Under the pieces are notes generated by a model that was given only the letters and a program-made list of their open reading frames with translations, made no database searches and was not told the origin of the DNA. A stretch of 16,438 bases of DNA, counting the filler, from an uncultured virus (IMG/VR IMGVR_UViG_2061766007_001334) (lineage: Duplodnaviria; Heunggongvirae; Uroviricota; Caudoviricetes). It is 4 parts of one record of this genome, joined end to end, with 100 filler letters (N's around TTAATTAATTAA, not from the genome) between each part and the next. Parts side by side here need not be neighbours in the genome. Positions count along the whole stretch, not along the records: positions 1,402 to 16,079 come from IMGVR_UViG_2061766007_001334; positions 16,180 to 16,438 come from IMGVR_UViG_2061766007_001334; 2 more parts are not named here. The stretch is one strand, 5' to 3'. Positions 14,450 through 16,438 of the stretch are shown piece after piece. The number at the start of each line of letters is the position of its first letter. The first letter of the stretch is position 1. Position numbers and translations under genes: made by a program.

Positions 14450-15273
14450 TTATTCGTCATCTTCCAGACCGAGGAATCGCTGGGCGAGCGCAGTCAGTTT
14501 GGGCTTGGCCGGGGCGCAGTATCTTTCCGTCATTTCGACATTCGTGTGCCCGGCAAGGCGTGAGATCGAAACGAGTTCCATACCCGCCTGCTGGAGGTTG
14601 GTTACAAAGCTGATGCGGAAAGTATGGCTGNNNNNNNNNNNNNNNNNNNNNNNNNNNNNNCACGGTAACGGGTGTGTTGATGCCCGCCCTCTCGCAGAGG
14701 GTGCGGATGATCCACGACCGACCGCTCCGGCCAGCCGGTTCGTCCTGCCGGTGCGCCTGTGCGTAAGCGATCCATTGCAGAACCTTCTTTGAAATCGGGA
14801 TGGTGCTTTGCACTTTCGTCTTCTGGCTCACATAGGTCAGTTCCATGTTCTCCAGATCGACATTCTCGTGGCTGAATGTCATTACATCGGAAACCCTTGC
14901 GCCCGTGAACGCCTCGAGCAGGCACTCCACCTTCACTACGGCCTCCGCTGGTGTGTGCGTACCCACCTTCTCGAATCGCTTGAGTTCCTCCGGCGTAAGG
15001 TAGGTTTTCAGCGCCTTCGTCGGCTTGGCCGTGAGAATCTTCCCCCAGTCTTCCGGGAGCGCCGGAATCTGGTCTTTGTGGCGATTGATGAGCGCTTTCA
15101 GGTTGAGGAAAATAGTTCTGGCCGTGTTGGATGCCACCGTACCCGTCACTTCATCACGCAGCGAGTACAGTCCGTCACGNNNNNNNNNNNNNNNNNNNNN
15201 NNNNNNNNNNNNNNNNNNNNNNNNNNNNNNNNNNNNNNNNNNNNNNNNNNNNNNNNNNNNNNNNNNATATCAT
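14450..15273 (-). CDS. Second tyrosine recombinase (shorter, apparently without an arm-binding domain; gapped)
   Basis: FTGARVSD...YVSQKTK...SHTFRISFVTNL...SRLAGHTNVEMTERY...LEDDE* (C-terminus translated manually after the gap). Probable ATG at 15273. Confidence 0.88.
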
Positions 15274-15294
15274 GCGAATTTAACAATAATTCAA

Positions 15295-15492
15295 CTAAAA
15301 TCTGTTCTGGAGTACCCGTTTTGTCGGTTTTCTCTGGAGCCCGGCGGTGTAGTTCGTCGGAAATGGGCAGACATCGTATTTAACGAAATACCGCCACATT
15401 GGAACGGAGAATTTGTCGGCATATTGCTCGACTACGATTGTCGCGTTATCCGCATTGTTGCGGAACTCTTCGCGCTCGATTATCTTTGTCAT
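15295..15492 (-). CDS. Small hypothetical protein (65 aa)
   Basis: MTKIIEREEFRNNADNATIVVEQY...LQNRF; preceded by the hairpin plus TCACTAAA leader. Confidence 0.65.
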   Translation of the reverse strand: MTKIIEREEFRNNADNATIVVEQYADKFSVPMWRYFVKYDVCPFPTNYTAGLQRKPTKRVLQNRF

Positions 15493-15553
15493 AAGCCTTA
15501 TTGTTTTTAGTGATTCGTGGGCGGGTAGGCGGTCGGGCCACCCCGTCCTTTGT

Positions 15554-15835
15554 TTACCCAAGTATCGAATCGACGATTTGCATGGAAATCAGATCGTCTG
15601 GCTGGTACTGGTAGTCTTCTTTGTTCCAGAAGTTCATAATACACTCCCGGATCATGTCGAGCCCATCGTCCTCAAAAATGCCGCCGATCTTGATAACGCA
15701 ATAGGAGCCCCCGGCGGAGTACCCTTCCAGATTATCGGAAAAGACAAGCACATCGAAAGCGTCCGTCATCAGCTTGTAGCCGTAGGCGGCGACAGGGGAC
15801 GAATCGTCCCGTTTTGGTTGTAATTTAACGTACAT
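15554..15835 (-). CDS. Small hypothetical protein (93 aa)
   Basis: Complete ORF MYVKLQPKRDD...VDSILG*; preceded by the TCACTAAA-N11 leader. Confidence 0.7.
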   Translation of the reverse strand: MYVKLQPKRDDSSPVAAYGYKLMTDAFDVLVFSDNLEGYSAGGSYCVIKIGGIFEDDGLDMIRECIMNFWNKEDYQYQPDDLISMQIVDSILG

Positions 15836-15937
15836 AGGTCAAAAAATTTAGTGATGAATGTTGCGAGCGGGGAGGGNNNNNNNNNNNNNNNNNNNNNNNN
15901 NNNNNNNNNNNNNNNNNNNNNNNNNNNNNNNNNNNNN

Positions 15938-16079
15938 TATGGACTTCTTTGATACGCAAAAGCGGCGGAACGGGGATAACTTCGCCCCGTATCGGCGTAA
16001 GCCGGTATGCCGTCTTTCGCTCGTCTGCAAAGGAGTAATACTCGCCGGTTCCGATGATGATGTAGTCGATAAAGTCCCG
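15938..16079 (-). CDS. C-terminal fragment of a RadC/JAB-like protein
   Basis: Manual translation RDFIDYIIIGTGEYYSFADERKTAYRLTP... resembles the RadC C-terminal motif (L)DHIIIG...YYSFADE. Confidence 0.55.
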
Positions 16080-16179
16080 NNNNNNNNNNNNNNNNNNNNN
16101 NNNNNNNNNNNNNNNNNNNNNNNTTAATTAATTAANNNNNNNNNNNNNNNNNNNNNNNNNNNNNNNNNNNNNNNNNNNN

Positions 16180-16266
16180 GTAACCCGTGTACCAAAATAC
16201 GCGCTTTTCGGCGTTAAGGAGGGCCGTTCCCAGCACCATACCAATTTTGTAGATCATCTTTTTCAT
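16180..16266 (-). CDS. 5' fragment of a hypothetical protein
   Basis: MKKMIYKIGMVLGTALLNAEKRVFWYTGY follows the shared leader and is cut by the gap. Confidence 0.5.
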
Positions 16267-16335
16267 AAGTCATAAAATTTAGTGAAACGTGGTAGGCGGG
16301 AAGGGTTATCAGCCCCGCCCGCCCGGATACCCGGC

Positions 16336-16438
16336 TTAATCTGTCGTTCTGTAATAGTAATCCAGATCGTCGCCGGTCAGGTACTCGTTTTCGATCCGCT
16401 GAGTCAACTCCTCCCACATCTGGAAGTAGAGATCGGCG
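16336..16438 (-). CDS. 3' fragment of a hypothetical protein
   Basis: ...ADLYFQMWEELTQRIENEYLTGDDLDYYYRTTD* ends at the repeated hairpin unit. Confidence 0.55.
   Translation of the reverse strand, partial: ADLYFQMWEELTQRIENEYLTGDDLDYYYRTTD

Overview
A gapped draft-assembly segment with many N runs. Three N-flanked TTAATTAATTAA six-frame-stop linkers (966, 1346, 16124) mark artificial contig joins. The content fits the early, recombination and lysogeny region of a temperate phage or prophage with a Bacteroidota host, judged from TTTG-N19/20-TAnnTTTG promoters and Bacteroidota-type HTH repressors and integrases. A leftward operon carries an HNH endonuclease, an excisionase-like HTH, two DNA methyltransferases, ERF, a PD-(D/E)XK nuclease, SSB, a DUF1367-like protein and tRNA-Trp. 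A rightward block carries two XRE-type repressors flanking a lipoprotein, then tRNA-fMet. Two tyrosine recombinases and small cassette-like genes with a shared leader follow. The standout is 2252-4037: a Cas7/RAMP-like gene, a hairpin leader, a ~650 bp non-coding array of 12 units built from GGH-NN pentamers separated by 4-nt GGCA-type delimiters (unit lengths 5n+4), and a gene starting directly at the array end. This looks like a phage-encoded RNA-guided system with a non-contiguous dinucleotide code, resembling the VIPR type as I recall it. All family assignments come from motif recognition only; no searches were run.
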